IMG/VR virus record: IMGVR_UViG_3300049782_000061
Coordinates: 1 to 25,122 of that record
Origin: a virus
Taxonomy: Duplodnaviria > Caudoviricetes
DNA: 25,122 nt
Strand: one strand, 5' to 3'
Under the pieces are notes generated by a model, which saw nothing but the letters and a program-made list of their open reading frames with translations, made no database searches and was not told where the DNA came from. The first letter of the stretch is position 1; each line of letters begins with the position of its first letter. Shown here piece after piece: positions 1-7,660 of the stretch. The position numbers and the translations under genes are program-made.

Positions 1-67
1 CCCGCACCGACACCCGCCTCGCCGCCTAGCCGCCGCAGCGCGTACCCCTTGACCCCGGACACGACGA

Positions 68-100
68 AGGCCACCGTCCCCGAACTGGGGTCGGTGGCCT
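68..100 (+). terminator. Stem-loop, probable intrinsic terminator
   Basis: AGGCCACCG-T-CCCC / GGGG-T-CGGTGGCCT with a 5-nt loop, downstream of a TAG at 27-29 that probably ends an upstream ORF. Confidence 0.6.
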
Positions 101-152
101 CAAGGTCACACGCATTGCGCACGCGCAGCGTACCTGAAGAACTCGTCACGCG

Positions 153-196
153 CCTAGGCCCAAAGAACGAACCTAGGCTCAAAAGACGAACCTAGG
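153..196. repeat. Three CCTAGG palindromes at 19-bp period (operator- or iteron-like)
   Basis: CCTAGG at 153, 172 and 191; units CCTAGGCCCAAAGAACGAA and CCTAGGCTCAAAAGACGAA. Confidence 0.75.
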
Positions 197-217
197 TTGA
201 AGGGGGAAGCTGTCCCT

Positions 218-409
218 ATGGCCAGCAGACAGCAGAAGACGCTGCTCATCGACCCCGGCGCCCGCACCCGCGTGTGGTGCCGCGAATGCGGCGCCGAACT
301 GAAAGACCCGGTCTCTCGCAGCCGGCTCTTGGGCCCCGAATGCGACCCCGAGCCCCGCAACAGCTACGAGCGGCACGACGTCGACCAGGAGCCGATACCC
401 GGCCTGTAG
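218..409 (+). CDS. Small zinc-binding protein, DUF6011-like
   Basis: CRECGAELKDPVSRSRLLGPEC matches the CxxCGxxLxDPxSxxxxxGPxC pattern; purine-rich RBS before ATG 218. Confidence 0.75.
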   Translation: MASRQQKTLLIDPGARTRVWCRECGAELKDPVSRSRLLGPECDPEPRNSYERHDVDQEPIPGL

Positions 410-420
410 GAAGGAACGCT

Positions 421-858
421 GTGGACACCACCCGTGACTGGAGCTGGGTCACGCACTGGACCGATCTCCTCAACCACGACGAGGTCTGGTGCAACGCCGC
501 CGGTGAGATCCTGCGCTTGGACGACATGGATCCCGGCTACTGCTCACGCGTGCACGCCTTCTGTATGAGGCAGGCAGAGGCCGTGTACGACCTGATCGGC
601 ATGCAGGCCGCCGCCGCACCGACCGACATGAGCGAGCAGGCCACCATCGACTTCGACCGGGCCTTCGACGAGTTCCTCGACGCCGGCGAAGATCCGGCCG
701 CCTGGCTCGCCAGCTCCCCGCTCCTCGTCGCGTTGAAGTACCGCTCCGAAGGGCTCCCTGCCCGGCCGACGCACTGCCACTGCGGCTACCCGTTCACCGG
801 GGACGACGGCGCCCGGTGGGACCACAGCGCCTGCTACCCCGGCATCATCGTCGACTGA
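421..858 (+). CDS. Hypothetical phage protein
   Basis: AGGAAGGA RBS before GTG 421; GC-rich third positions; C-terminal Cys/His cluster. Confidence 0.7.
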   Translation: MDTTRDWSWVTHWTDLLNHDEVWCNAAGEILRLDDMDPGYCSRVHAFCMRQAEAVYDLIGMQAAAAPTDMSEQATIDFDRAFDEFLDAGEDPAAWLASSPLLVALKYRSEGLPARPTHCHCGYPFTGDDGARWDHSACYPGIIVD

Positions 859-993
859 CAGCCCGAGCGCGCCGTCTGCCCTGACACGCCGCCGTCGCGC
901 AGGGGGAACGCCGGCCGCGATCCGTCATACGGTGCCTCCAGAAGCCAGCGCAGGGCGTCCCGCAGGAACCCCCACCCCACCCCAACCTGATCT

Positions 994-1114
994 TTCCGTA
1001 AAACCTCGGGAGACCTCAGCCCCCGTTGCCCGTCGTGGTACGGAGCGCGGAACCAGCCCGGCCCCTCGCGCCCGCGACCTCCCCTTAGTGGGAGGGGCCC
1101 GAGGTTTTACGGAA
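994..1114. repeat. Perfect 17-bp inverted repeat pair with an 87-bp spacer
   Basis: TTCCGTAAAACCTCGGG (994-1010) and CCCGAGGTTTTACGGAA (1098-1114); both extend outward into GATC with a 1-nt indel. Confidence 0.85.
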
Positions 1115-1153
1115 GATCTTGAACCAGGATTCCGGGCAGGCAGAATATGGGCC

Positions 1154-2011
1154 ATGGACCCGCGCGCACTCCTCGACACCTGGCTCGACACCGCACCCCT
1201 GCGATCCTCCAGCCGCATCGAGTACCAGCGCGAAGTCACCCGCTGGCTCACCTGGTGCGACCAGCAGAAGCCGCCCGTCGACCCGTACGACTGCGGCATC
1301 GAGCACATCGCCGCCTGGGCCGGTACCTACCTCACCACCCAGCTCGACGGCCGGCCCTTCAACGGCCCCGACGCCCTCGCCCACATCGCCCAGCACCACC
1401 CAGCCGCAGCCCTCACCCACGACCGGCGCATCACCGCCATCACCCAGTACTACGAAGCCGCCCGAGACCACGGCGCCATCCGCCTCGTCCCCGACCTCAC
1501 CCTGCTCCGCACCGGAGTCGACCGCGACGCCCGCCCCCCACGCCGCCTCACCCCCCAGGAACGCTCCGTCCTGCTGTACTGCATCGGCATGTGGGGCCCC
1601 GACCACGCCCGCCACTACCTCCGCGACCGCCTCGTGGCATTCCTCCTCCTCGAGGGTCTGCGCCCCGCCGAGGTCACCCGCGTCGACATCCGCCACCTCT
1701 ACGACCTCGGCAACGGCACCTGGGAGATCCGCGCCCCCGACTACGCATACGAAGCCGTCGGCAAGAAGCACGTCCTCGAGCCCCTCACCGTGGCCGCGCT
1801 CAAGGCGTACCTGCCACGCCGGATCCGCCCCGCCGAAGGCGTCCACGCCCTCATCATCGGCCAGGGCGGCCGGCCCATCGGCAGCGACTACCCGAACAAG
1901 CTGATCCAGCAGATCTGCTCCACCGAGCCCCTGCTTGCCAGCCGGCAGCCCCCGGTGACCGCGGACGCCGTCGCCCACACCGGATTCTGGGACACGCCTG
2001 CGGCGGGCTGA
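1154..2011 (+). CDS. Tyrosine-recombinase-like protein, C-terminally truncated and apparently non-catalytic
   Basis: N-terminal core-binding-like region (SSRIEYQREVTRWLTWC) and box I RDRLVAFLLLEGLRPAEV. The HxxR position reads TADAVAHT and the ORF ends with no catalytic Tyr. ATG 1154 chosen because the upstream extension overlaps the inverted repeat and contains a TTA codon. Confidence 0.75.
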   Translation: MDPRALLDTWLDTAPLRSSSRIEYQREVTRWLTWCDQQKPPVDPYDCGIEHIAAWAGTYLTTQLDGRPFNGPDALAHIAQHHPAAALTHDRRITAITQYYEAARDHGAIRLVPDLTLLRTGVDRDARPPRRLTPQERSVLLYCIGMWGPDHARHYLRDRLVAFLLLEGLRPAEVTRVDIRHLYDLGNGTWEIRAPDYAYEAVGKKHVLEPLTVAALKAYLPRRIRPAEGVHALIIGQGGRPIGSDYPNKLIQQICSTEPLLASRQPPVTADAVAHTGFWDTPAAG

Positions 2012-2256
2012 GGCAGCAGTCACGGGGGCGGAACTTTTTCAATTCGTGAACCCCGTTGGGATAGACCCATCTTCATCGTCCACGGTGCGCTCACCTGCAT
2101 AGATGCCCCTTGCGGGACCACGATCGGGCAGGCACGCTTCTGTGACGGGCACTCAGCCCGACCGCGCATCGGGATCTCCCGCCCCCTCAAAGCCTGGCCG
2201 GGCAACAGGGCGGCAGATCCCCACGCGGGTCCCCTACACAGAACGGGAGACCAGTC

Positions 2257-2442
2257 ATGCACAACGACACTAGCAAGACGGATACCGAAGACAACGACGA
2301 CCAGCCGGCGGACAGCAGCACCCAGACCCCCCAGCGAACGTCGGGGTGGCAGATCCGGCAGCACGTCGCCCGCGGGGTGGCGTACGGCGTCGGCAGCGGC
2401 GCCGTGAGCCTGCTCGTCCTCTGGGTGCAGACCCGGTACTGA
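2257..2442 (+). CDS. Small membrane protein
   Basis: GGGAG RBS; acidic N-terminus and one C-terminal hydrophobic helix. Confidence 0.6.
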   Translation: MHNDTSKTDTEDNDDQPADSSTQTPQRTSGWQIRQHVARGVAYGVGSGAVSLLVLWVQTRY

Positions 2443-2535
2443 CGCTAGTCGTCTCCGCCGGGGAGGCGTTCTGCGATCCGGGCGGCGATGCGATAGCCGG
2501 GGCTGTTGTCGAGACGGCCCCGGCGCCGGTCGTGG

Positions 2536-3159
2536 TCAGACCAGTAGCGGATGCCGCAGGTTGAGCAGCAGGTATAGATCCGTGCTGCCGTACGCCCAGC
2601 GGGCCACACCGCCGTCCTGTTCGAGGTGCATCAGGGTACGGCTCGGCATGGTGGTGCCCACCTCCAAGGGAATCCGGGAGGGCGGCACGGTGGCGGGTAC
2701 CGTCAAGGGCTCCGTCTTCCGGCATCCCGCAGAGAACGCCACGCCCGTCGACCAGACCACGGTGATGGGCGCAGACCACGCCACCTCACCGTCCTCGTCC
2801 GCGCCGCTCTGGTCCATATCCAGGGTCGCGGTGAACGGCTCGGGAAGGTCGGCCAACGCGGCCGCGTTCGCCTCGCGCTCTGCATCGGCGAGCGGCGCGG
2901 CACCCACCTCGACTTCAATCAGGGCGTAGCGGCCGGCACCAACCGCGGCGTGGACCTCGAGGAAGGCTGCCACCTGGTGGATGGGCCAGTTCCCGGGGTC
3001 GACGCGATGCATCTGCCCTGCGGCGGCGACGTACTCGGGGCTGAAGTGACCGCCCGCTGCCAGACGCTTGCGCGTGCGGACGAACGCCACGGCAGAGCCC
3101 TCGGTGCTGAGCATGCGATCCAGAACAGCGTGGGCGCCGCGTTCATGGGACGTGGGCAC
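2536..3159 (-). CDS. Hypothetical protein downstream of the recombinase
   Basis: 207-aa ORF, GTG start with GGAGAG RBS, 16 nt after the recombinase stop. Confidence 0.7.
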   Translation of the reverse strand: MPTSHERGAHAVLDRMLSTEGSAVAFVRTRKRLAAGGHFSPEYVAAAGQMHRVDPGNWPIHQVAAFLEVHAAVGAGRYALIEVEVGAAPLADAEREANAAALADLPEPFTATLDMDQSGADEDGEVAWSAPITVVWSTGVAFSAGCRKTEPLTVPATVPPSRIPLEVGTTMPSRTLMHLEQDGGVARWAYGSTDLYLLLNLRHPLLV

Positions 3160-3175
3160 TGAGTCTCTCCGTTAG

Positions 3176-4237
3176 TTAGGTGAGGTCGGCGGTGGAGTTG
3201 TCGTCCCAGCCGTCTTCAATCTGGAAGTAGCCGTTCATGGAGCGGGAGTGGCGTGCCCAGCCGCCCTGGTCGGCGATGACGACGGCGTCCTTGCCCTGCT
3301 TGCGGGCAGTCGTGGCGTGGCCGATGCGGAGGCTGTGGCCGGTCCAGGCGAGTTTGACGCCGGCGCGGACGCTGATGCGTTTGATGGCGCGGGTGACGGA
3401 GTCGGGGACCATGCCCCCGGTAACAGCGTCCCAGCGGTTGATGCCGACGAACGCGGGCGCGTCCGGCTGCGACCACTTGGGGTCGGCCTCGGCGGCGAGC
3501 CGTTCCCGGTACGCCTTCCACGCCTCGACAGGGCAGATCTCTGGGTCCTTCTGGTAGAGGATTTTGGCGTCGCGGACACTGTGCTTGGTCTTGCCAGTGA
3601 GGATGGAGACGATGAGGCCGCGCGGGTGGAGGGTGACGTCCTGGGCGAGAAGCCCGGCCGGGTCCTGGGCGCGGGCGGCGTAGTGGAAGCTGGTGAGGAC
3701 GAGGGCCTTGTCGCGGGCGCCGGCGAGGGTGTCGGGGCAGGCGCGGACGACGCGGTAGAGGTCGGGGACTTGGGCGGCGGGGGCTTTGCCGCGTCCGCGG
3801 CGTTCTTTGTTCTTCAGCAGCTTGACGGCGAGGCCGTCGAGGGCTTTGCGGGCTTCGGCTTGGTCGTCGCGGGTGACGGTGACGCCGCGGCGGCGGAGTT
3901 CGACGACGGTTCCGGCGAGGATGGTGGAGGCGGAGCTGGGGGCGTAGCCGGTGCCGTTGGTCTGGCCTTGGCGGAGCATCCAGGTGACGTAGGTGACGAG
4001 CGTGCCGCGGGTGCCTTCGAGGAGGGGAAGTTTCTGGGTGGTGGTGAAGCGTTTCCAGACGCGCCAGGCTTTGGTGTAGGTGTCTTCGGTGTTTTCGGCG
4101 GCGATTTCGCGGCGGACGGCGTCGGCGAGGTCTTCGGCTTGGGCGAGGCGGTGGGCGGTGTCGATGCCGTGCCGTTCGGCCCACTTCTGGATGAGGGCGG
4201 CCCGCTCGGGCTGAACGGCGGGGAGGTGCTCGGTCAC
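3176..4237 (-). CDS. Cre-like tyrosine recombinase or resolvase
   Basis: RDKALVLTSFHYAAR (R), KTK (K), GHSLR (HxxR), QGGW (Trp as in Cre), MNGY (Tyr). Start is probably GTG 4237, overlapping the upstream stop as GTGA; ATG 4246 is the alternative. Confidence 0.9.
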   Translation of the reverse strand: MTEHLPAVQPERAALIQKWAERHGIDTAHRLAQAEDLADAVRREIAAENTEDTYTKAWRVWKRFTTTQKLPLLEGTRGTLVTYVTWMLRQGQTNGTGYAPSSASTILAGTVVELRRRGVTVTRDDQAEARKALDGLAVKLLKNKERRGRGKAPAAQVPDLYRVVRACPDTLAGARDKALVLTSFHYAARAQDPAGLLAQDVTLHPRGLIVSILTGKTKHSVRDAKILYQKDPEICPVEAWKAYRERLAAEADPKWSQPDAPAFVGINRWDAVTGGMVPDSVTRAIKRISVRAGVKLAWTGHSLRIGHATTARKQGKDAVVIADQGGWARHSRSMNGYFQIEDGWDDNSTADLT

Positions 4238-4626
4238 GGCCGCCATGCCTCGTTGTAGTCGGGGTGGCCGGAGTAGGGCAGAGCGAATGCTCTCAGAATC
4301 GTTTCGAGGGCCCAGACGCCCGTCATGTCGTCCGGCATCACGTCGTACTTCAGGTGCTCGTACTGGCGCAGCAACTCCCGTTTGGCTTCCACCTCCTCGA
4401 GGACGCGTTCGGCTTCTCCGGGGGCGCGGGTGCCGGTGCGGGTGAAGAGGGTGAGGGCATCCACAGTGTCCGGGTCACTCATGACGACGTCCATGAGCGC
4501 GAAGGCGCCCTCTGTGGCAGCGGGGGAGGCTGTTACGGCTCCGCTTTCACGGAGGCGGATGGCGGCGTGCATGAAGGAGACGTCATCGTTTAGTCGGTTG
4601 CGCAGGAACTGCACCAGGTCGTCCAC
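4234..4626 (-). CDS. DUF6221-family protein
   Basis: DDLVQFLRNRL...RVLEEVEAKR...ALPYSGHPDYNEAWRP, the typical DUF6221 termini; GAGGG RBS before GTG 4626. Confidence 0.85.
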   Translation of the reverse strand: MDDLVQFLRNRLNDDVSFMHAAIRLRESGAVTASPAATEGAFALMDVVMSDPDTVDALTLFTRTGTRAPGEAERVLEEVEAKRELLRQYEHLKYDVMPDDMTGVWALETILRAFALPYSGHPDYNEAWRP

Positions 4627-4648
4627 GGAAGCCCTCGTCCCTATGTGA

Positions 4649-4671
4649 TCGGATAAGGAGAGGTTATCCGA
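4649..4671. promoter_or_regulatory. Candidate tyrosine-recombinase core (res/lox/dif-like) site
   Basis: TCGGATAA-GGAGAGG-TTATCCGA: perfect 8-bp arms around an asymmetric 7-bp spacer, just upstream of the DUF6221-recombinase operon. Confidence 0.55.
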
Positions 4672-4703
4672 CGCGATTACTTCAGAGCGATCCTGAGCGT
4701 GGG

Positions 4704-5159
4704 CTACTCCGCCGGCTCGGGACTCGCTGTGTCGCGATTGTCGTACGCCACACCCGCCTGAAAGGAGCGCATCGCATCCACCAACTGGCCAGACGACTCC
4801 AGTGCGTCCCGCAGGTTCCGGGCACGCGACTTCGGGTCGTTGATCTGCCGGCACGTCTCGGCGTCCGCCAGGTTGGCCCACACCATCCACGCCTTGTCCA
4901 GAACCGCCGCCAGGCTGCCGGCCACTGAATCTCGGTTGATCAGGGACTCGGTCGTCAGCTCCCCGTTCGCCATCAAGGTCTGTCCTGGTGCGATCGCCGC
5001 CCAATGCCGGACTGTGTACGGCTGGTTGTCGAGGTACAGCAGCAGCGATCCGTCGTCCATCGTGATGCCGTGGGCGATGCGCCAGGGCGTGTCCTGCAAG
5101 AAGGCTTCGAGGGCGTCGCGGTCGCCAGTGAAAGTGAAGGAGGGGGCGGGAGAGGTCAT
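4704..5159 (-). CDS. Hypothetical protein
   Basis: 151-aa ORF with a GAGGA RBS before ATG 5159. Confidence 0.7.
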   Translation of the reverse strand: MTSPAPSFTFTGDRDALEAFLQDTPWRIAHGITMDDGSLLLYLDNQPYTVRHWAAIAPGQTLMANGELTTESLINRDSVAGSLAAVLDKAWMVWANLADAETCRQINDPKSRARNLRDALESSGQLVDAMRSFQAGVAYDNRDTASPEPAE

Positions 5160-5352
5160 AGCGCCATCCTCTCAGGGCGGCCCGCACGCTGGGCCCGGTG
5201 ATGGAACATTATCCAGAGCTACGAGTTCCATTGCCCGGCTCAGGTGACGCGGGACGTGCACTGACGCTGCGTCAGATTCTTCGTCAGGAGCGATTCTGCG
5301 TTCAGGCCCCTCCCAGGCTCCGGGGGGTCCGAGCTCATCTTGCAGGATCACT

Positions 5353-5402
5353 TCTTGAATGTAAGTCTTGACTTGCAGTCTTGAATGGGTAGTCTTGACC
5401 TT
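5353..5402 (+). promoter_or_regulatory. Putative array promoter (leaderless) overlapped by four TCTTGA direct repeats
   Basis: TTGACT 5368-5373, 16-nt spacer, TAGTCT 5390-5395, then ATG 5403 with no Shine-Dalgarno. TCTTGA at 5353, 5366, 5379 and 5393. Confidence 0.6.
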
Positions 5403-5705
5403 ATGAGCACCGAGAAGACCCGCCTCATCCCCACCGGCACCTGCTGGTGCGGCTGCGGCCAGGACGCCAACATCGGCAAGTTCTTCACCCAGGGCCACGA
5501 CAAGGTCGCCGAAGCCGCGCTCATGGCCGTCCGCTACGACGCATCCGTCCCCCGTCTCCTCGCGGAGCATGGGTACGGCCCCGACAACTCCGTCCGCAAC
5601 GCCGCGCTCACCGAGGGCGGTTGGAAGGAGTGCCCGCACGGATGCGGCTACGTTGGCGCACCGACCAGCGTCCGCAACCACGTTCGCAAGTACCACGAGA
5701 AGTGA
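5403..5705 (+). CDS. Array gene 1: zinc-finger protein (CWCGCG plus C2H2-like C-terminus)
   Basis: CWCGCG...GHD and CPHGCGY...H...H; ends YHEK-stop in the repeat. Confidence 0.8.
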   Translation: MSTEKTRLIPTGTCWCGCGQDANIGKFFTQGHDKVAEAALMAVRYDASVPRLLAEHGYGPDNSVRNAALTEGGWKECPHGCGYVGAPTSVRNHVRKYHEK

Positions 5706-5712
5706 GGACGCT

Positions 5713-5892
5713 ATGACCCGCGAGGAGTACGAGGAGAAGCAGCGACGGCTGGTGGCCGACGCTGAGGACGCTCGGAAGGCGTACATCCAGGCCAAAGCCG
5801 TCTACGACGGCATCTGCGACGACATGCGGAACCTGCGCCTTGAGTGGCAGGAGCAGCAGAAGTCCGCCGTCGACCGCACCATCGAGAAGTGA
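5713..5892 (+). CDS. Array gene 2: small coiled-coil protein (59 aa)
   Basis: ATG after the repeat RBS; MTREEYEEKQ...VDRTIEK-stop. Confidence 0.8.
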   Translation: MTREEYEEKQRRLVADAEDARKAYIQAKAVYDGICDDMRNLRLEWQEQQKSAVDRTIEK

Positions 5893-5903
5893 GGACACCG
5901 ACC

Positions 5904-6161
5904 ATGGCCGCTTCGAAGCCGACGAAGGCGCAGGCCGACGCGCTCGCCCTGCTCGCCAACGGCGGCGCCTACCGCAGCACCCGCGCCTTCGCCGACAAAA
6001 CCGTCCACGCGCCCGGAGGACGCATCACCGCACCCACCGCTGCCGCCCTAGTACGGCACGGCTGGGCCAAGTGGGGGCCGGAGGAGCGCCTGCGGAAGCC
6101 GCTGCTGCTGACCGACGCCGGCCGCACCCACCTGCCCGCCGACCACACCACCGAGAAGTGA
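5904..6161 (+). CDS. Array gene 3: small basic protein, possibly winged-helix-like (85 aa)
   Basis: TKAQADALALL...TAAALVRHGW...LLTDAGR pattern; ends ADHTTEK-stop. Confidence 0.8.
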   Translation: MAASKPTKAQADALALLANGGAYRSTRAFADKTVHAPGGRITAPTAAALVRHGWAKWGPEERLRKPLLLTDAGRTHLPADHTTEK

Positions 6162-6172
6162 GGACACCGACC

Positions 6173-6424
6173 GTGAGGACCGTAGCCGAAGCCCGCAGCC
6201 GCGCCGAACTTGAACGCACCCGCGCTGCAACGCCCGCAGACCACGCCTACGCACAGGGCTGGCAAGACGCCGCCGACACCCTGCCCGAGGGAGCCCACCT
6301 GCTGAAGCAGGCGCTCATCCAGACGAGTGCGGCCGCCAGTGACTCTCCGTTGGAGCAGGCGCGTGTGCACGGCATGCGGCTGGCCACTGAGTGGATCACC
6401 GCCGACCGCGCCACCGAGAAGTGA
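6173..6424 (+). CDS. Array gene 4: hypothetical helical protein (83 aa)
   Basis: GTG at the repeat start position; ends ADRATEK-stop. Confidence 0.75.
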   Translation: MRTVAEARSRAELERTRAATPADHAYAQGWQDAADTLPEGAHLLKQALIQTSAAASDSPLEQARVHGMRLATEWITADRATEK

Positions 6425-6435
6425 GGACACCAATC

Positions 6436-7332
6436 GTGGGACGCGAAGTACGCCGAGTACCGCTCGACTTCGACTGGCCGCTGAACAAGGTCTGGGAAGG
6501 ATTCCTCAGCCCCGACAAGTTCGACGAGGACGACTGCCCCGACTGCCGGAACGGCTACTCGCCGCAGGCCCAGAACCTGTACGACCTCTGGTACGGCAAG
6601 CTGCCCTTCGACCCGGCCAGCACTGGGTCCACCCCGTGGCGGCACGACTCCCCGGCCGTCCGAGCTCTCGCCGAGCGCCACGTGTCCAACGCGCCGGACT
6701 ACTACGGCACCGGCGAGGCTGCCATCCTCCGTGAGGCTCAGCGCCTGGCGGACCTGTTCAACGGGCAGTGGTCCCACCACCTGTCTCAGGAGGACGTGGA
6801 CGCGCTGGTGGCCGGTGGGCGGCTCTACGACTTCACCCATAAGGTGGTTCCAGGGCAGGGCTGGCAGAAGATCGAGCCGCCTGTGCACCCGACTGCCGAG
6901 CAGGTCAACGAGTGGTCTCTTCGCGGTATGGGCCACGACGGGATCAATGCGCATGTCGTGATCAGCGCCCGCTGCGAGCGGGAAGGCATCGAGGAGCACT
7001 GCCCCACCTGTAAGGGGCACGGCAGCATCGAGAAATACGAGGGCCAGCGCGCCGAAGCTGAGGCGTGGAAGCAGAGCGATCCTCCGCAGGGTAACGGCTG
7101 GCAGTTGTGGGAGACCCTGTCTGAGGGCTCCCCCGTCAGCCCGGTGTTTGCCACGGCCGACGAGTTGGCCGCCTGGATGTCCGATCCGGCGCGCGGCGAC
7201 CTGTGGGTGCCGCCTGCCGCTGCCGCGAAGTTCATCGCGGACGGCTGGGCGCCCAGCTTCGTCGACACCTCCAGCACCGGCATTGTGTCCGGTGTCGAAT
7301 GGGTTGGGCACCACGCCGACGACGAGAAGTGA
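6436..7332 (+). CDS. Array gene 5: hypothetical phage protein with CxxC and CxxCxGxG motifs (298 aa)
   Basis: GTG at the repeat start position; GREVRRVP, CPDC, CPTCKGHG, WQLWETLSEGSPVSPVF; ends HADDEK-stop. Confidence 0.85.
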   Translation: MGREVRRVPLDFDWPLNKVWEGFLSPDKFDEDDCPDCRNGYSPQAQNLYDLWYGKLPFDPASTGSTPWRHDSPAVRALAERHVSNAPDYYGTGEAAILREAQRLADLFNGQWSHHLSQEDVDALVAGGRLYDFTHKVVPGQGWQKIEPPVHPTAEQVNEWSLRGMGHDGINAHVVISARCEREGIEEHCPTCKGHGSIEKYEGQRAEAEAWKQSDPPQGNGWQLWETLSEGSPVSPVFATADELAAWMSDPARGDLWVPPAAAAKFIADGWAPSFVDTSSTGIVSGVEWVGHHADDEK

Positions 7333-7343
7333 GGACACCGACC

Positions 7344-7649
7344 ATGCGGAAGTACCACAGGGCTGGGGACACGGTCCTTGTCCTGGAAGGCCCGGAAAAG
7401 GGGCGAGCGCTGACTGTCTCCTCCGTCCGGATGTTCGCCACGGACAACGGCTACTACCTCCAGGGCGGCAGCGGCCTCTACTCGCCCCAGCAGGTTGAGC
7501 TGGCTGCTGAACGCGCCGACGGCAACCCGTGCGGCACCGCGTGCGACGCGCGCAAGCACAGCGTCATCGACACGTGCGACCACTGCCGGGGCACGTGCCG
7601 CTGCGCCCTGTACCGCGAACTGGCCACCGACCCCGCCACCGAGAAGTGA
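7344..7649 (+). CDS. Array gene 6: KOW/SH3-like N-terminus plus Cys-rich C-terminus (101 aa)
   Basis: AGDTVLVLEGPEKG resembles a KOW motif; six Cys in the C-terminal third; ends TDPATEK-stop. Confidence 0.78.
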   Translation: MRKYHRAGDTVLVLEGPEKGRALTVSSVRMFATDNGYYLQGGSGLYSPQQVELAAERADGNPCGTACDARKHSVIDTCDHCRGTCRCALYRELATDPATEK

Positions 7650-7660
7650 GGACACCGACC

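Noticed and set aside
932-1153. N-terminal extension of the recombinase-like ORF
   Set aside because: Low-complexity translation, a TTA codon and overlap with the inverted repeats; ATG 1154 fits better.
4627-5187. 317-aa version of the DUF6221 ORF
   Set aside because: The extension overlaps a better ORF (4704-5159) and the dyad site; family similarity begins at GTG 4626.
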